The translations under genes and the position numbers were made by a program. A stretch of 64,000 nt of DNA from Escherichia phage HP3.2: the sequence record OP978391.1; one strand, written 5' to 3'. Below the pieces are notes generated by a model, which searched no databases, was not told the origin of the DNA, and saw only the letters and a list, made by a program, of their open reading frames with translations. Each line of letters opens with the position of its first letter. Within the stretch, counting starts at the first letter, position 1. Below, piece by piece: positions 29,257 to 39,566 of the stretch.

Positions 29257-29883
29257 TTAACCTCTATTCATAAAAGCATTAAAAATTTGGTCATCAATAG
29301 AAACATTTACTTTAGACTGTTTTTCGGATGGTAATTCATATCCACATATTACAATTTTGTGATCAATATCAAAATACACAGAAGCAATATGATTAATGCT
29401 GCTTTCAGTAAAGTCTAAATCAACATCAATATCTTTTTGACCAAAGCCCAAAGGATAAATAATGCGAGTAATTCGATTATCTTTAACAAAGATTCCACCG
29501 ACATACTCTGTACTGCGTTTAAAGTCTACACGCCGACGAAATGAAAAATATTCAGGCTCTTTATGAGCTCGGCTCATAGGGCACAACGAATAACTAGAAT
29601 AAGAGATGTCAAATCCTACGCCTTCAATATGAACTAAATTGTCATGATTAAACCAATTATAATCATATGCCAAGTCCATTAGATTGTCATATGTGAAAGG
29701 CACCGGATTAACATCATTGGTCACAAGCATATAATTAGCAACTGCTATAATTTCATTATTTTTAACGAATACAAACCGTGATTGATGCGAATGGCCTGGA
29801 CCTGCGTTTTCACGATTAATGATATAACACTGGGCACCTTTATATTTGTACGTGTCTTTACACTTGTGCATTTGATAAAGCAT
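29257..29883 (-). CDS. Hypothetical protein, 208 aa (61.2 position)
   Basis: Track ORF; position corresponds to T4 61.2. Confidence 0.6.
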   Translation of the reverse strand: MLYQMHKCKDTYKYKGAQCYIINRENAGPGHSHQSRFVFVKNNEIIAVANYMLVTNDVNPVPFTYDNLMDLAYDYNWFNHDNLVHIEGVGFDISYSSYSLCPMSRAHKEPEYFSFRRRVDFKRSTEYVGGIFVKDNRITRIIYPLGFGQKDIDVDLDFTESSINHIASVYFDIDHKIVICGYELPSEKQSKVNVSIDDQIFNAFMNRG

Positions 29884-30176
29884 TATTCACCTACCACTTC
29901 AGCGATGATATTTTTATTATTAAAGTTTTTATCGCAATACAGAACATAATTATACTGCATTACACCACCAGACTTAAGCTGTTTTTGCACTTCAGCTTTC
30001 ATTTCAGGACGATCACGTTCAACGATATTCATAATATCTGCTTCAATTTGAGTTTCAACTTCAGTCTGATCCGCAGTCATAGACCATTCGCACAAATCTT
30101 TGTCATAACCCGCCATAGCAGGCTGAGCAGCGCAAGAAGATAAAGCAAAAATTGCAGCAAAGATAAATTTTTTCAT
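29883..30176 (-). CDS. sp: Spackle periplasmic superinfection-exclusion protein
   Basis: 97 aa with signal peptide MKKFIFAAIFALSSCAAQPAMA; matches T4 Sp. Confidence 0.82.
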   Translation of the reverse strand: MKKFIFAAIFALSSCAAQPAMAGYDKDLCEWSMTADQTEVETQIEADIMNIVERDRPEMKAEVQKQLKSGGVMQYNYVLYCDKNFNNKNIIAEVVGE

Positions 30177-30204
30177 GATAATCTCCTCAGTAGTTTATGT
30201 TTAT

Positions 30205-30234
30205 ATAGTATCTCAATTTCCAATAAAAGTAAAC
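30205..30234 (-). promoter_or_regulatory. Early sigma70-like promoter upstream of sp
   Basis: GTTTAC, 18-bp spacer, TACTAT. Confidence 0.5.
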
Positions 30235-30236
30235 AG

Positions 30237-30536
30237 TTATTTTAAAACTTTTGCGTAATCACATGTTACAAACTGTTTCTCTAACTTGGCGATTTTACGA
30301 AAGTATCTTTTGCATTGACGAATCTGTCGCTTTGTAGGGCGCACAGCAAACTTAATAAATTCCACTCGACCAAATGGAGGGCTTTCTTCTGCCGGAATAT
30401 CTAATACTAATTCCCACGTATCTGCAATAAGTGCTTTGAATTGAGTATTTTTCCTGACATTATACGGAGTAGGTTTAAATAAAACGATATGCATATTATC
30501 CTCGGCAATCCACTTCACATACCTTCTTGTCATCAA
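30237..30536 (-). CDS. Hypothetical protein, 99 aa (61.4 position)
   Basis: Track ORF. Confidence 0.55.
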   Translation of the reverse strand: MMTRRYVKWIAEDNMHIVLFKPTPYNVRKNTQFKALIADTWELVLDIPAEESPPFGRVEFIKFAVRPTKRQIRQCKRYFRKIAKLEKQFVTCDYAKVLK

Positions 30537-30678
30537 TGAAAGCTTTAACTAGTGCTTTATTAACTTCAGCATATTGAGTAGTAGCCCATTGAACGTCATC
30601 TTTCATCATTGTGATCTCTTTAGTAAACATGCTTTCATTCTTAAACCACCCCATAAAAACTACCTTTACCAATTCCAT
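30496..30678 (-). CDS. dmd: Dmd antitoxin (inhibitor of RnlA/LsoA)
   Basis: 60 aa MELVKVVFMGWFKNESMFTKEITMMKDD..., recognised as Dmd. Confidence 0.82.
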   Translation of the reverse strand: MELVKVVFMGWFKNESMFTKEITMMKDDVQWATTQYAEVNKALVKAFIDDKKVCEVDCRG

Positions 30679-30707
30679 AACAATCTCCTCATTTAACCAA
30701 CAAGACT

Positions 30708-30737
30708 ACTATACCATAGTCTTGTCAGCTTGTAAAC
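30708..30737 (-). promoter_or_regulatory. Early sigma70-like promoter upstream of dmd
   Basis: GTTTAC with TATAGT-like -10. Confidence 0.45.
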
Positions 30738-32164
30738 TAAAATTTTAATTCATTTGCCAAAGCATCTAACTGAGCTCGAGTCGATTCGTTTCTTTGATAG
30801 CGATTCTGCTCAGCTTGTATCTGTTGTGAACCTGCTACCTCACTCACTTCAGTTGGAGTAGAATCTTGTTCAATTTCTACCCATTTCTGATTTCCTTTTT
30901 GAACACCCATCAAAAACTTATTCCATTTATTCTTATCACCATATCGTGATTTGATTTGCTTAATAAGTTGTTGTTCAGCAGCTGCTAACTCCTCGGTTTC
31001 AATGACCGCAAGCATAAAATCAGCTGTTGCTGGAAGACCGGCAGATTCTGCGATATCACTCATGTTAACATCAGAAGAATCCCAAGCTTGTTTACCAACC
31101 TGTGCTGCAGTCCAAAGAACAGTTTCGGTTTCAACAGCCAGAGCACGCAATTCCTCTGCAATAGCTTTAACAGTTGTGTAACTATTTTCTGAATAAACTC
31201 GGATGCGACAAGATTTACAAATACCTAGATAGTCGACAATAATGATTGTTGGAACAAAATTCTTCTTGAGCTTCAATTCGTTTAAAAGTGATCGAAATGT
31301 ATTAGCGTCTGCTCCACCAGTAGGATACTGTTTAACGATTAAACGACCGAGAGTAGATTTCTCGCGCCATTTTTCCATTTTTCCTTTATACTCAGCGTAA
31401 GAAATATGCCCGTCATCAATGTCATCAAGAGAAACATCAAGCATATTAGCATCAATACGTTTAGCACAGACTTCTTCTGCCATTTCCATGGAGATATAAA
31501 GAACGTTATGACCAAGCTGCAAATAATCTGCTGCTAATGAACAAAGTCCTAATGACTTACCAACGTTAACACCAGCCATTAAAACGTTCAGTGTTCCAGT
31601 TTCAGCTCCGCCTTTAGTAATTTTGTTTAGAATTCTGAGTTTAAATGGAACCTTACGAGCTTTATTCATATAAGATAGCCAACGCGCTTCATAGTCATCC
31701 ATCCAATCATGACCAACGTAGCTATCAAATGAAATTGATAATGCTTGGCGCATGATGTCAGGAATAGCACCTACATCTGGCATTTTCTTATTTCGTTTTT
31801 CCGGAGGAAGCTCAGCATTAGTTTGAATTTCGATTATTTTAGACGTAGCATTAAACATCGCCCTTTGCTGAACATATTTTTCTGTTTCTTTTACTAACCA
31901 GCTGTGGTCTTCCGGAGAATCAGCCAGTTTTGAAATAAGTGTTTTTACACCAGAATATTCTGTTTCAGTAAATGAACTATTTTCTAATGCAACATTTAAC
32001 GCATTAATAGATGGAACGCTATGATACTCATTGACATGAGATTTAATTAATTTGAATGTATTTTTAGCTGGACCACTTTCAAAATATTCTGAATCCATAT
32101 ATGGCCAAACTTTTGAAAAATAAGCTTGATCAAATATGAGATGAGAAAGAATAATTTCTACCAC
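30737..32164 (-). CDS. 41: Replicative DNA helicase gp41
   Basis: 475 aa DnaB-family; Walker A GVNVGKS; matches T4 gp41. Confidence 0.93.
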   Translation of the reverse strand: MVEIILSHLIFDQAYFSKVWPYMDSEYFESGPAKNTFKLIKSHVNEYHSVPSINALNVALENSSFTETEYSGVKTLISKLADSPEDHSWLVKETEKYVQQRAMFNATSKIIEIQTNAELPPEKRNKKMPDVGAIPDIMRQALSISFDSYVGHDWMDDYEARWLSYMNKARKVPFKLRILNKITKGGAETGTLNVLMAGVNVGKSLGLCSLAADYLQLGHNVLYISMEMAEEVCAKRIDANMLDVSLDDIDDGHISYAEYKGKMEKWREKSTLGRLIVKQYPTGGADANTFRSLLNELKLKKNFVPTIIIVDYLGICKSCRIRVYSENSYTTVKAIAEELRALAVETETVLWTAAQVGKQAWDSSDVNMSDIAESAGLPATADFMLAVIETEELAAAEQQLIKQIKSRYGDKNKWNKFLMGVQKGNQKWVEIEQDSTPTEVSEVAGSQQIQAEQNRYQRNESTRAQLDALANELKF

Positions 32165-32173
32165 ACTTACTCC

Positions 32174-32536
32174 TTAAAAGAATTTAAACTTTTTCTTTGA
32201 CCTTTTATTAAATGCATCTTGTAGTTGCATTGTAATACATTTTTCTACATGAGGAGCTAACTCAGCTTTTCTTTCTTGGTCAAGAACAGCAAAGTCCATT
32301 ACGACTTTTCCATCAACCCAATCTAATTTTGTCACATACACAATGTGTGTAGAACCATCTTCTAGTTTAATGACAATCTCCTGGATAACATTTTCCATAG
32401 CGGATTTAATTATCTTAAGAGACTCATTAAAAAGACGTTCTTTTCTTTCTTCTTCCCCCTCCGAAGAGGGGGATTCATCGATAATTTCTAGATCTAAGTC
32501 TAAATCATCTTTATTCATTAAATTCTTCCATATCAC
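32174..32536 (-). CDS. 40: gp40-like protein (position of T4 gene 40)
   Basis: 120 aa acidic N-terminus; lies between uvsX and 41. Confidence 0.55.
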   Translation of the reverse strand: MIWKNLMNKDDLDLDLEIIDESPSSEGEEERKERLFNESLKIIKSAMENVIQEIVIKLEDGSTHIVYVTKLDWVDGKVVMDFAVLDQERKAELAPHVEKCITMQLQDAFNKRSKKKFKFF

Positions 32537-33692
32537 TTAACTGTTCGAGGTCAGTTTCTAAATCAGCAGCTGATTTACTTTTACTTTCTGGAGATTTAAA
32601 TTTTTCAACCTTTGAGTTAATCAATTCATCAACTTCAGCTTCAACAATTTCATTACTATCAATAGCACCTAACTGATAAGCACGTTTAATAGCATCTCGG
32701 AATGGTTGATGCTTAAATAAAGGACCCCAGAATGTAGTGCAGTTAGTATCTTTTGCACGCCAAGATTTTTCTTCGCGAATCATCTCGCCGGTTTCTTCGT
32801 CAAGAAATTCACGAGCATACCAACCATTCTTAGGTTTTACTACAAATCCTAATTCTAGAGCCATATCTAACAATCCAGAATAAGGATCGATACCACCGTC
32901 AAATTTAACATCAATAAAGAATTTACTTTTTTCTTTAACGGTACGAGATTTTTCTACATTTAGAACAAATTGATACCCCTGAAGATCAGAACCATCTTTA
33001 ATCTGACGCTTACCGATAATGAATACGGTATCAGCCGAATACATTACGCCTGTACCACCTGTCATCACGGTTTTACTAAACATTTCAATTGTTTCAATTG
33101 TATGGTTAACCGCAACGCATGGAATATTTTTAATGCTAAAATAAGGAGTAACGATACGGAATAATGACTTCAGTGATTTAGCACGAGTCATATCTGCCAC
33201 AGATTTTTCATTCAAGGCATCTTCAGTTTCTTTCTTAGAAGCCATATTACCAATTGAATCGATGAATACAATAACTTTTTCACCACGCTCAATAGCTTCA
33301 AGCTGATTCACCATATCAATTTTCAGCTGTTCAACTGATTGAATTGGCGTATGAATTACACGTTCCGGGTCAACTCCCATGGATCGCAAATAAGCTGGAG
33401 TAATACCAAATTCGCTATCATAGAATAGACAAACCGCGTCAGGATATTTGTTCAAATATGCCGCAACCATAGTCAAAGACATATTTGATTTAAAGTGTTT
33501 AGAAGGCCCTGCAAAAATAGTTAAACCAGACTGCATACCGCCATCAATCGCACCAGAAATAGCGATATTAAGCATTGGAATTTTTGTACGAATTACATCC
33601 TTTTCATTAAAGAATTTAGATGTAGTCAGTTCAGCAGTCATTTTAGAAGTGGAAGCTTTAATCAAACGGGATTTTAAATCTGCAATAGACAT
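32511..33692 (-). CDS. uvsX: UvsX recombinase
   Basis: 393 aa RecA-like; matches T4 UvsX. Confidence 0.93.
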   Translation of the reverse strand: MSIADLKSRLIKASTSKMTAELTTSKFFNEKDVIRTKIPMLNIAISGAIDGGMQSGLTIFAGPSKHFKSNMSLTMVAAYLNKYPDAVCLFYDSEFGITPAYLRSMGVDPERVIHTPIQSVEQLKIDMVNQLEAIERGEKVIVFIDSIGNMASKKETEDALNEKSVADMTRAKSLKSLFRIVTPYFSIKNIPCVAVNHTIETIEMFSKTVMTGGTGVMYSADTVFIIGKRQIKDGSDLQGYQFVLNVEKSRTVKEKSKFFIDVKFDGGIDPYSGLLDMALELGFVVKPKNGWYAREFLDEETGEMIREEKSWRAKDTNCTTFWGPLFKHQPFRDAIKRAYQLGAIDSNEIVEAEVDELINSKVEKFKSPESKSKSAADLETDLEQLSDMEEFNE

Positions 33693-33769
33693 TCATTTTT
33701 TCCATAGGCATCATTATATTTTCCTCACTGGTTAAAGATATAGTAATTATAACACAATAAATTTAGGCA

Positions 33770-34615
33770 TTAATCAACTGCTATTGGATGAATAGCATTA
33801 AACTTATGAAATGCTTCTGATTTTTCTTTACGCGAAACACACATGCGAAGAACCTTTAATGGCTCGTCTTCTTCACCCAACGATTTTCGTTTTTCAATAT
33901 TCGATGTTTTCCAACGAGCTTGCTCTGGAAACTCTCTATTGATTTGCTCAAGCGCTCTATTATGTTTAGAATTACTACGAATTGAACTACACCCACCGGG
34001 AGCGTGTGATTTTCCAGATACAACTAGATATTTGAACAAGGCCAAATGCGGATAACCTTGATTAATTAAATTGAGAAATGCATACATATCTTCGCATAAA
34101 TCAATTTTTCCATACCCAATTTGTTCTGTCGTAAGTTTTCCGAGGTCATACCATGTATTCGTGAATCCATATGAGTTTTCACGATAATTGCCCCAAGATG
34201 AAGTAATTTTAAAAATTGGTAGACGAGCATGACCGTGATAATACCCGCAATCCATGGCATCTTCAACGTATTGAATTAATTCATAGAACTGTTCACGAGT
34301 TAATTGATTAATTTTATCTACACGCCGTTTATCGTCTCTCTTTCGTATTGAACTCATACGAATAGTAGTATCATCAATCATCCAGATTCGTTGACCTGCA
34401 TACATATCAGTAATTGCTTTACGAGTACCGGCAATTCCATTAACATCATCAGGAATAGTTACAATTTTAGCTCTAGACCCATAAGCATCATAATAAGCTT
34501 TTTCTTCGTGTTCACGCACCACAATATGGGGTTCATAATCAGTCGGAAACATATTAAGGGCAGAAACTGCCCCGACACGTTGATAACTTGGAATTACGAA
34601 TTGAATCATTTCCAC
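33770..34615 (-). CDS. Glucosyltransferase in the beta-gt slot; likely beta-glucosyl-HMC alpha-glucosyltransferase of T2/T6 type
   Basis: 281 aa between uvsX and gene 42; shorter than and unlike T4 beta-gt; assignment by position and lineage context. Confidence 0.5.
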   Translation of the reverse strand: MEMIQFVIPSYQRVGAVSALNMFPTDYEPHIVVREHEEKAYYDAYGSRAKIVTIPDDVNGIAGTRKAITDMYAGQRIWMIDDTTIRMSSIRKRDDKRRVDKINQLTREQFYELIQYVEDAMDCGYYHGHARLPIFKITSSWGNYRENSYGFTNTWYDLGKLTTEQIGYGKIDLCEDMYAFLNLINQGYPHLALFKYLVVSGKSHAPGGCSSIRSNSKHNRALEQINREFPEQARWKTSNIEKRKSLGEEDEPLKVLRMCVSRKEKSEAFHKFNAIHPIAVD

Positions 34616-35346
34616 TCACCTTTATAGTCTTTTTTCACAATATGAGTTTCGCCAGTATTCCACCAATGATCAACCAAATAAAAATGACGAGAATATACAT
34701 GAAGACTTCCAACATTCCATATAATAGAACCTGCTTTATACTGACGAGTTGAATCGCCTGCATTCAAATCAGATACTAATTTATCTAATACGTATTTTTG
34801 CCATGCATAATCATTACGGAATCCGAAGACCACGTCATTTGAGCGCATGCTTACTACCGCATTGACTTTCTTATCACGAATCAAGTACTGTACTGTATTA
34901 GTACACATGAAATCTGACATACCATCTTTATTGTAGTCAAACTGCATAGATGGACGAGTATAAATCATGATACCACGTCGAGAATCAGGATTTTGACCAA
35001 GTTCAGCTAAACACATATCATACTGGGCATAGTTATCTTCTGACCAAATAGCCCAACCATAATTCGAGTTAATTTCGCCTTTAGAAGATGCTACCTGCTG
35101 CCAAATCTTTGGTGTTTCACCTGGAATATCTTTAACAAACAAACTCTTAGATTTATACCATTCAAGTTCACGCTGAATGTATTCATCATTAAGAGCGCCA
35201 AAAATAAACGGTTCATCTGCTACAAATGATGCGCCAATAATTTCAATAGTTTTAACACCAGTTTTATCAACTACGAAATCTTTTTCTTTTAATGCAAGCC
35301 CCAAATGAAGACGGATTTCTTCAACTGTCATAGAGTCACTAATCAT
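34606..35346 (-). CDS. 42: dCMP hydroxymethylase gp42
   Basis: 246 aa thymidylate-synthase-like; matches T4 gp42. Confidence 0.93.
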   Translation of the reverse strand: MISDSMTVEEIRLHLGLALKEKDFVVDKTGVKTIEIIGASFVADEPFIFGALNDEYIQRELEWYKSKSLFVKDIPGETPKIWQQVASSKGEINSNYGWAIWSEDNYAQYDMCLAELGQNPDSRRGIMIYTRPSMQFDYNKDGMSDFMCTNTVQYLIRDKKVNAVVSMRSNDVVFGFRNDYAWQKYVLDKLVSDLNAGDSTRQYKAGSIIWNVGSLHVYSRHFYLVDHWWNTGETHIVKKDYKGEWK

Positions 35347-35353
35347 TTAAACC

Positions 35354-35503
35354 TCAATTGATACATTCATATTTAACTTGTAACAGTAATAAACTCCAAC
35401 CTAAAATAATAGTTGGAATCATAAGAGGAACCGTTACACTATAGTATATACTTATTATAATCATCAAGATTAAAAGCAACACTGCTATAATTTTGCTTTT
35501 CAT
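35354..35503 (-). CDS. Small hydrophobic ORF, about 49 aa
   Basis: MKSKIIAVLLLILMIIISIYYSV...; ATGA overlap with imm stop. Confidence 0.4.
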   Translation of the reverse strand: MKSKIIAVLLLILMIIISIYYSVTVPLMIPTIILGWSLLLLQVKYECIN

Positions 35504-35751
35504 TCCTTCTCTCTGATGATAATTACTTGATTTGGCTGTGCAGACTTTTTAGTTTCACCCGCAATTGACCAAATAAATGTAATAAACCAACCAATAATTG
35601 ACCAGTTAAACAGTAAAGATGTGAAAAAGATTCCTACTGTCGATTTTGACCCACGCATCAAGGCGATAAACCATGGAAGCATGTATATAATAATAGCCAA
35701 CACACCTGAAACTAAAACCATAAAAATTGAACCTGTTACTAAAGTTTCCAT
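35500..35751 (-). CDS. imm: Imm superinfection immunity protein
   Basis: 83 aa two-TM membrane protein; matches T4 Imm. Confidence 0.82.
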   Translation of the reverse strand: METLVTGSIFMVLVSGVLAIIIYMLPWFIALMRGSKSTVGIFFTSLLFNWSIIGWFITFIWSIAGETKKSAQPNQVIIIREKE

Positions 35752-35758
35752 ATTTTCC

Positions 35759-36139
35759 TCACTTAGTCAAATTTTTTACACATGAATTATAAGAATTCAC
35801 TACATACTCCATCGGAGCATTTTTACCAGTACGCCATTGGTAATTATTGGCCCAATTAGCCCAAAGCTCGGCGCAGTAGTTTTCAATTTTTTCTTCGCGT
35901 GTAATTACATCCGAATTACGATATGCTTGAGCAGATTCATCTGGACGAATAGCCTCGTCAAAATTCGCCTGCATTTGTTCTACTGTCTGTTTTGGAGCTT
36001 CTTTATAACACTTGACATTAGGATTATAAAATTTGCTTGAACAGTTTACAATTTTTCCTACATCAGACTGATTTACTACCGGTCCTTGAGCTACACAACC
36101 AGTAAGACCTAATGCAATAACCAAAATAGCGATTTTCAT
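35759..36139 (-). CDS. Putative lipoprotein, 126 aa
   Basis: Signal peptide with lipobox LTGC. Confidence 0.55.
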   Translation of the reverse strand: MKIAILVIALGLTGCVAQGPVVNQSDVGKIVNCSSKFYNPNVKCYKEAPKQTVEQMQANFDEAIRPDESAQAYRNSDVITREEKIENYCAELWANWANNYQWRTGKNAPMEYVVNSYNSCVKNLTK

Positions 36140-36149
36140 AATAATTTCC

Positions 36150-36386
36150 TCAAATACAAGTAGTAATTACTCCAGTAGTGCTTATGCAGGTATTACCCAT
36201 TTGCACACCTAAAGATCCATTTGTATTCACATGAAGATTATCATCAATTTTAACTGATATTTTACCATTAGTGTGAATAACAGTGCTAGATTCAATCACA
36301 GGTTGAGTATCATTTTCAACACTAACAAATGGAACTGCTGCTAATGCAACTAAACAAACTGCTAAGCAACCCATAACAATTTTCAT
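36150..36386 (-). CDS. Small secreted or membrane protein
   Basis: Start MKIVMGCLAVCLVALAAVPF with shared GGAG RBS cassette; signal-peptide-like. Confidence 0.5.
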   Translation of the reverse strand: MKIVMGCLAVCLVALAAVPFVSVENDTQPVIESSTVIHTNGKISVKIDDNLHVNTNGSLGVQMGNTCISTTGVITTCI

Positions 36387-36423
36387 TTTATTCTCCAAAT
36401 CCGTATCAGTAGTTGATAGTTGT

Positions 36424-36453
36424 ATAGTACCATGGAAGAACAGAGATGTAAAC
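36424..36453 (-). promoter_or_regulatory. Early sigma70-like promoter
   Basis: GTTTAC, 18-bp spacer, TACTAT; repeated cassette. Confidence 0.55.
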
Positions 36454-36539
36454 AGTTTTGTGAAAATTTTTTAGGGAATTCTAAATGTCCAGAATCATCT
36501 GTTTTTCATAAGTATAGATTTATATTACTTGTATGAAAA

Positions 36540-36557
36540 AGGGACCCGGAGGTCCCT
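36540..36557 (-). terminator. Intrinsic terminator hairpin GGGACC-CGGA-GGTCCC downstream of gene 43
   Basis: Stem-loop followed by TTTTTC on the minus strand. Confidence 0.5.
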
Positions 36558-36569
36558 AGATTTATTCTA

Positions 36570-39266
36570 TCAGCCAAACAGGAAGTCTAACGAAGCTTTT
36601 TCTTCATAGTCCATACCAGCCGATTCACACATGCCCGCAAGCGGTTTAACAAACGATTTTTGGAACAAAGTTGAGTAGTCAATCCAAGACAGTACGTCAG
36701 AACGAATTTCTTTTGGAAGTTCTGTACCCGACGGCCAAGCAATGCATTTGTCACCAAATGGATTTCCTTCACGCAATGGAAGAACCATTACTTTATTTCC
36801 ATCCAAAATTGGAGCTACACCTAAACCGCTAACAGCTCGACGATAAGTTAGCACACCACGAATATGGAACGGACATTTAAATCCTGGCCAACCTTTATCA
36901 TCATATTTCGCTATATCGTTCGCAGTTTTTACTTCAGCAATAACTTTATAGTCGAGTTGACGATATTCTTTCTCGAAGTTCTTGTAATATTCTTGGACAG
37001 ACTCTTCACCTTCCTGAAGAATACGACGAATACTTTCTTCGAGAGCTTCTTGTACTGCTTTTGGTGTTGAACTCTGCTGAGTTTCCATACCCATGATTTT
37101 TAGATGCGGTTCAGCAAATCGTTTATCTTCCATATCATAAACGTTCAGAGCATAACGCTTTTTCGCTTTCCAAAATCCACCAATACCCTTTGAACCAAGT
37201 GGAGGGCAAGAAATAGCTTCACGGTCCATATGCATCAGATGCTCGCGGTTATTCATATAATCACATAACTCACGATATGCAACATCAATCATAGGTTCCA
37301 TCTTTTTCTTACCGAACTGATTCATAAATTCAACCAAATCGTTCTGCTCTTTGAATCGGTCAAGACCAACTTTTTCAATAACTTTATCTACACAAACATA
37401 TACCGAATCAGTATCACCTGCTGCAATGAAATCTTCGCCATTAGTTCCGCATACTTTATTCAGATATTCATTAATTTTACGAGCAATCCACTGAATACCA
37501 ACTTGGCCAAAAATTGTGATAGCAGTAGCATTTCGCAAATCATAGTAACGGAAATGAATATTACCAAGAGCACCATAAAGACTGTTAATGAGAATTTTAC
37601 GGTTCAGCTGATTTGTGTTAGCAAGTGTAGCAGCTTTTTCACATTCTTCAATCAAACTATTGAGAACAGATTCAGTATAATTCGACAGTTCATTTAAGAA
37701 ATCATCACTGAACTTAACATATCGTTCAACTTCTGGTTTAGTTGAACAAGACCCTGCGCCTTTCATAATAATCTTTTTAATAGCTTCGGCATTCATTTCT
37801 TCAGCGAACATTTTCTTTTTCCAGTCTTTACGCTGGAAAAATACTTTAGCGATTTCCTTTGGAATGATACCTTCTTGATGCTTATCATACATCCATCCAT
37901 TCGGAGAACAAGAATATTCTTCACTTGGCTTAGGAGCTGTTCCTGCGATATATTCATGAATTGGATGAACTTTAAATTGTCCACGAATAGTCTCAGGACT
38001 AATGTTAACCTGACGAATAATGCTCGGATACAGAGACGTCAAGTCAAAACTCATAATATATCGACGAGCAATTGGTTTAGGTTCAAACACAAATGCACCC
38101 GGAAAACTCTGTTTAACATGCGAACCTTGTTGAGGAATAACCTTATGTTCACCTTTCAATGAGTTAAAAATAATAGCATCCCAAGTTTTAATAGGACTCA
38201 TTACACCAGAAAAAGGCATTTTAGCATAATAAGACATACTTAAAACTAGATCGATAAACCCGCGAATTTTATCAATTGCTTGAACTGATTCTACGTCAAT
38301 GATGTTATAACTAATGTATCGTTGATGATTAGTCTCACGAAGTTTATTAATAGGACCATCATACGGTAATTTACCTTTTTTGGTTTCATGTTGAGCAACT
38401 GATTCCAAAGAGAATGACGGCAAATTAGTAAAAGCGAATTTCTTGTACAAATCTAAATAATCAAGAATAGATACGCCATCAATAGAATAAATTTCTTTGC
38501 TACCGTACATATTTTGAATTAGTTTAGATTTTACTCGACCGATTGGAGAGAAGCGTTTCATACTACGTTCACCGAGAACCATTTTAACACGATTCATGAT
38601 ATACGGAACGTCAAATCCCTCAATATTCCAACCAGTAAAAATAGCAGGTCGTTTCTGTTCCCAGAGATTGATATATTCCATGAGCATATCACGCTCATTA
38701 TCGAATGGCATATAAATTACTCGGTCAAGAATTTCTTGAGGAACTTCATCACCACCTTCACAGTCAAGCTTAGCAGCTAACTTTGCATCCCATTTTGATA
38801 CTGAACCGTACATTGAATTCAAAAGGTCGAAAACATAAAAACGATCATCAATTGAATCATAATGAGTAATAGCATCAATTTCATATTCTGCTTTCATTGG
38901 GTCAGGAAATTTATCACCAGTAACCTCAATGTCACAGTTAGCTACACGAACAAATTTTCGGTCATAAACAATTTCTGAACCATATGTATCACTGATATAA
39001 GCGAGTTTAAAATCGTTCATACCGAGAGCTTCGAGACCGATGTCTTCCATTCGTTTCATCCAATCTCGAGCATCTTTCATTGATGGAAATTTTTGAGGAG
39101 CGCAGTTTTTACCATAGATGTCTTTGTATTTTGACTCTTCCTTACAATGCCTAAACATAGTCGGAAGATATTCTACTTCACGAGTACGTTCCTTTCCGTT
39201 TTCATCAATATAACGTTCAACAATGTTATTTCCGACTGTTTCAATAGAGATATAAAATTCTTTCAT
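36570..39266 (-). CDS. 43: DNA polymerase gp43 (family B)
   Basis: 898 aa; motif YGDTDS present (GDTDSVYV); matches T4 gp43. Confidence 0.96.
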   Translation of the reverse strand: MKEFYISIETVGNNIVERYIDENGKERTREVEYLPTMFRHCKEESKYKDIYGKNCAPQKFPSMKDARDWMKRMEDIGLEALGMNDFKLAYISDTYGSEIVYDRKFVRVANCDIEVTGDKFPDPMKAEYEIDAITHYDSIDDRFYVFDLLNSMYGSVSKWDAKLAAKLDCEGGDEVPQEILDRVIYMPFDNERDMLMEYINLWEQKRPAIFTGWNIEGFDVPYIMNRVKMVLGERSMKRFSPIGRVKSKLIQNMYGSKEIYSIDGVSILDYLDLYKKFAFTNLPSFSLESVAQHETKKGKLPYDGPINKLRETNHQRYISYNIIDVESVQAIDKIRGFIDLVLSMSYYAKMPFSGVMSPIKTWDAIIFNSLKGEHKVIPQQGSHVKQSFPGAFVFEPKPIARRYIMSFDLTSLYPSIIRQVNISPETIRGQFKVHPIHEYIAGTAPKPSEEYSCSPNGWMYDKHQEGIIPKEIAKVFFQRKDWKKKMFAEEMNAEAIKKIIMKGAGSCSTKPEVERYVKFSDDFLNELSNYTESVLNSLIEECEKAATLANTNQLNRKILINSLYGALGNIHFRYYDLRNATAITIFGQVGIQWIARKINEYLNKVCGTNGEDFIAAGDTDSVYVCVDKVIEKVGLDRFKEQNDLVEFMNQFGKKKMEPMIDVAYRELCDYMNNREHLMHMDREAISCPPLGSKGIGGFWKAKKRYALNVYDMEDKRFAEPHLKIMGMETQQSSTPKAVQEALEESIRRILQEGEESVQEYYKNFEKEYRQLDYKVIAEVKTANDIAKYDDKGWPGFKCPFHIRGVLTYRRAVSGLGVAPILDGNKVMVLPLREGNPFGDKCIAWPSGTELPKEIRSDVLSWIDYSTLFQKSFVKPLAGMCESAGMDYEEKASLDFLFG

Positions 39267-39324
39267 AGATATTCCTTAGTTTATAGCCCGAGTTATTAGG
39301 CTCTTGATATATTATACTCCAAAT

Positions 39325-39342
39325 AAGGGGCCGAAGCCCCTT
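39325..39342 (-). terminator. Hairpin AAGGGGC-CGAA-GCCCCTT upstream of gene 43
   Basis: 7-bp stem with tetraloop read directly. Confidence 0.5.
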
Positions 39343-39344
39343 GC

Positions 39345-39566
39345 TTAAATTAGTACTATTTGTCGGTGAAAAATTGTCATTCCATCTGCATTAATTGACT
39401 TAACGACTGCAGTAAAGTGTTTTTGTTCTGGGTGAATTAATTTTTGAAATTCTACCTGAAATTTTAGTTGAAGGTTTTCTGGTAAATCGAAAAGTGTTTC
39501 TGTTGCAGAAAGATTATATTTTTCTTTAAGAGACGCCATGTATTCTTGCGGAGTTATAGCAGTCAT
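39345..39566 (-). CDS. Hypothetical protein, about 73 aa, between regA and 43
   Basis: Start MTAITPQEY overlapping regA stop; weak RBS. Confidence 0.4.
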   Translation of the reverse strand: MTAITPQEYMASLKEKYNLSATETLFDLPENLQLKFQVEFQKLIHPEQKHFTAVVKSINADGMTIFHRQIVLI

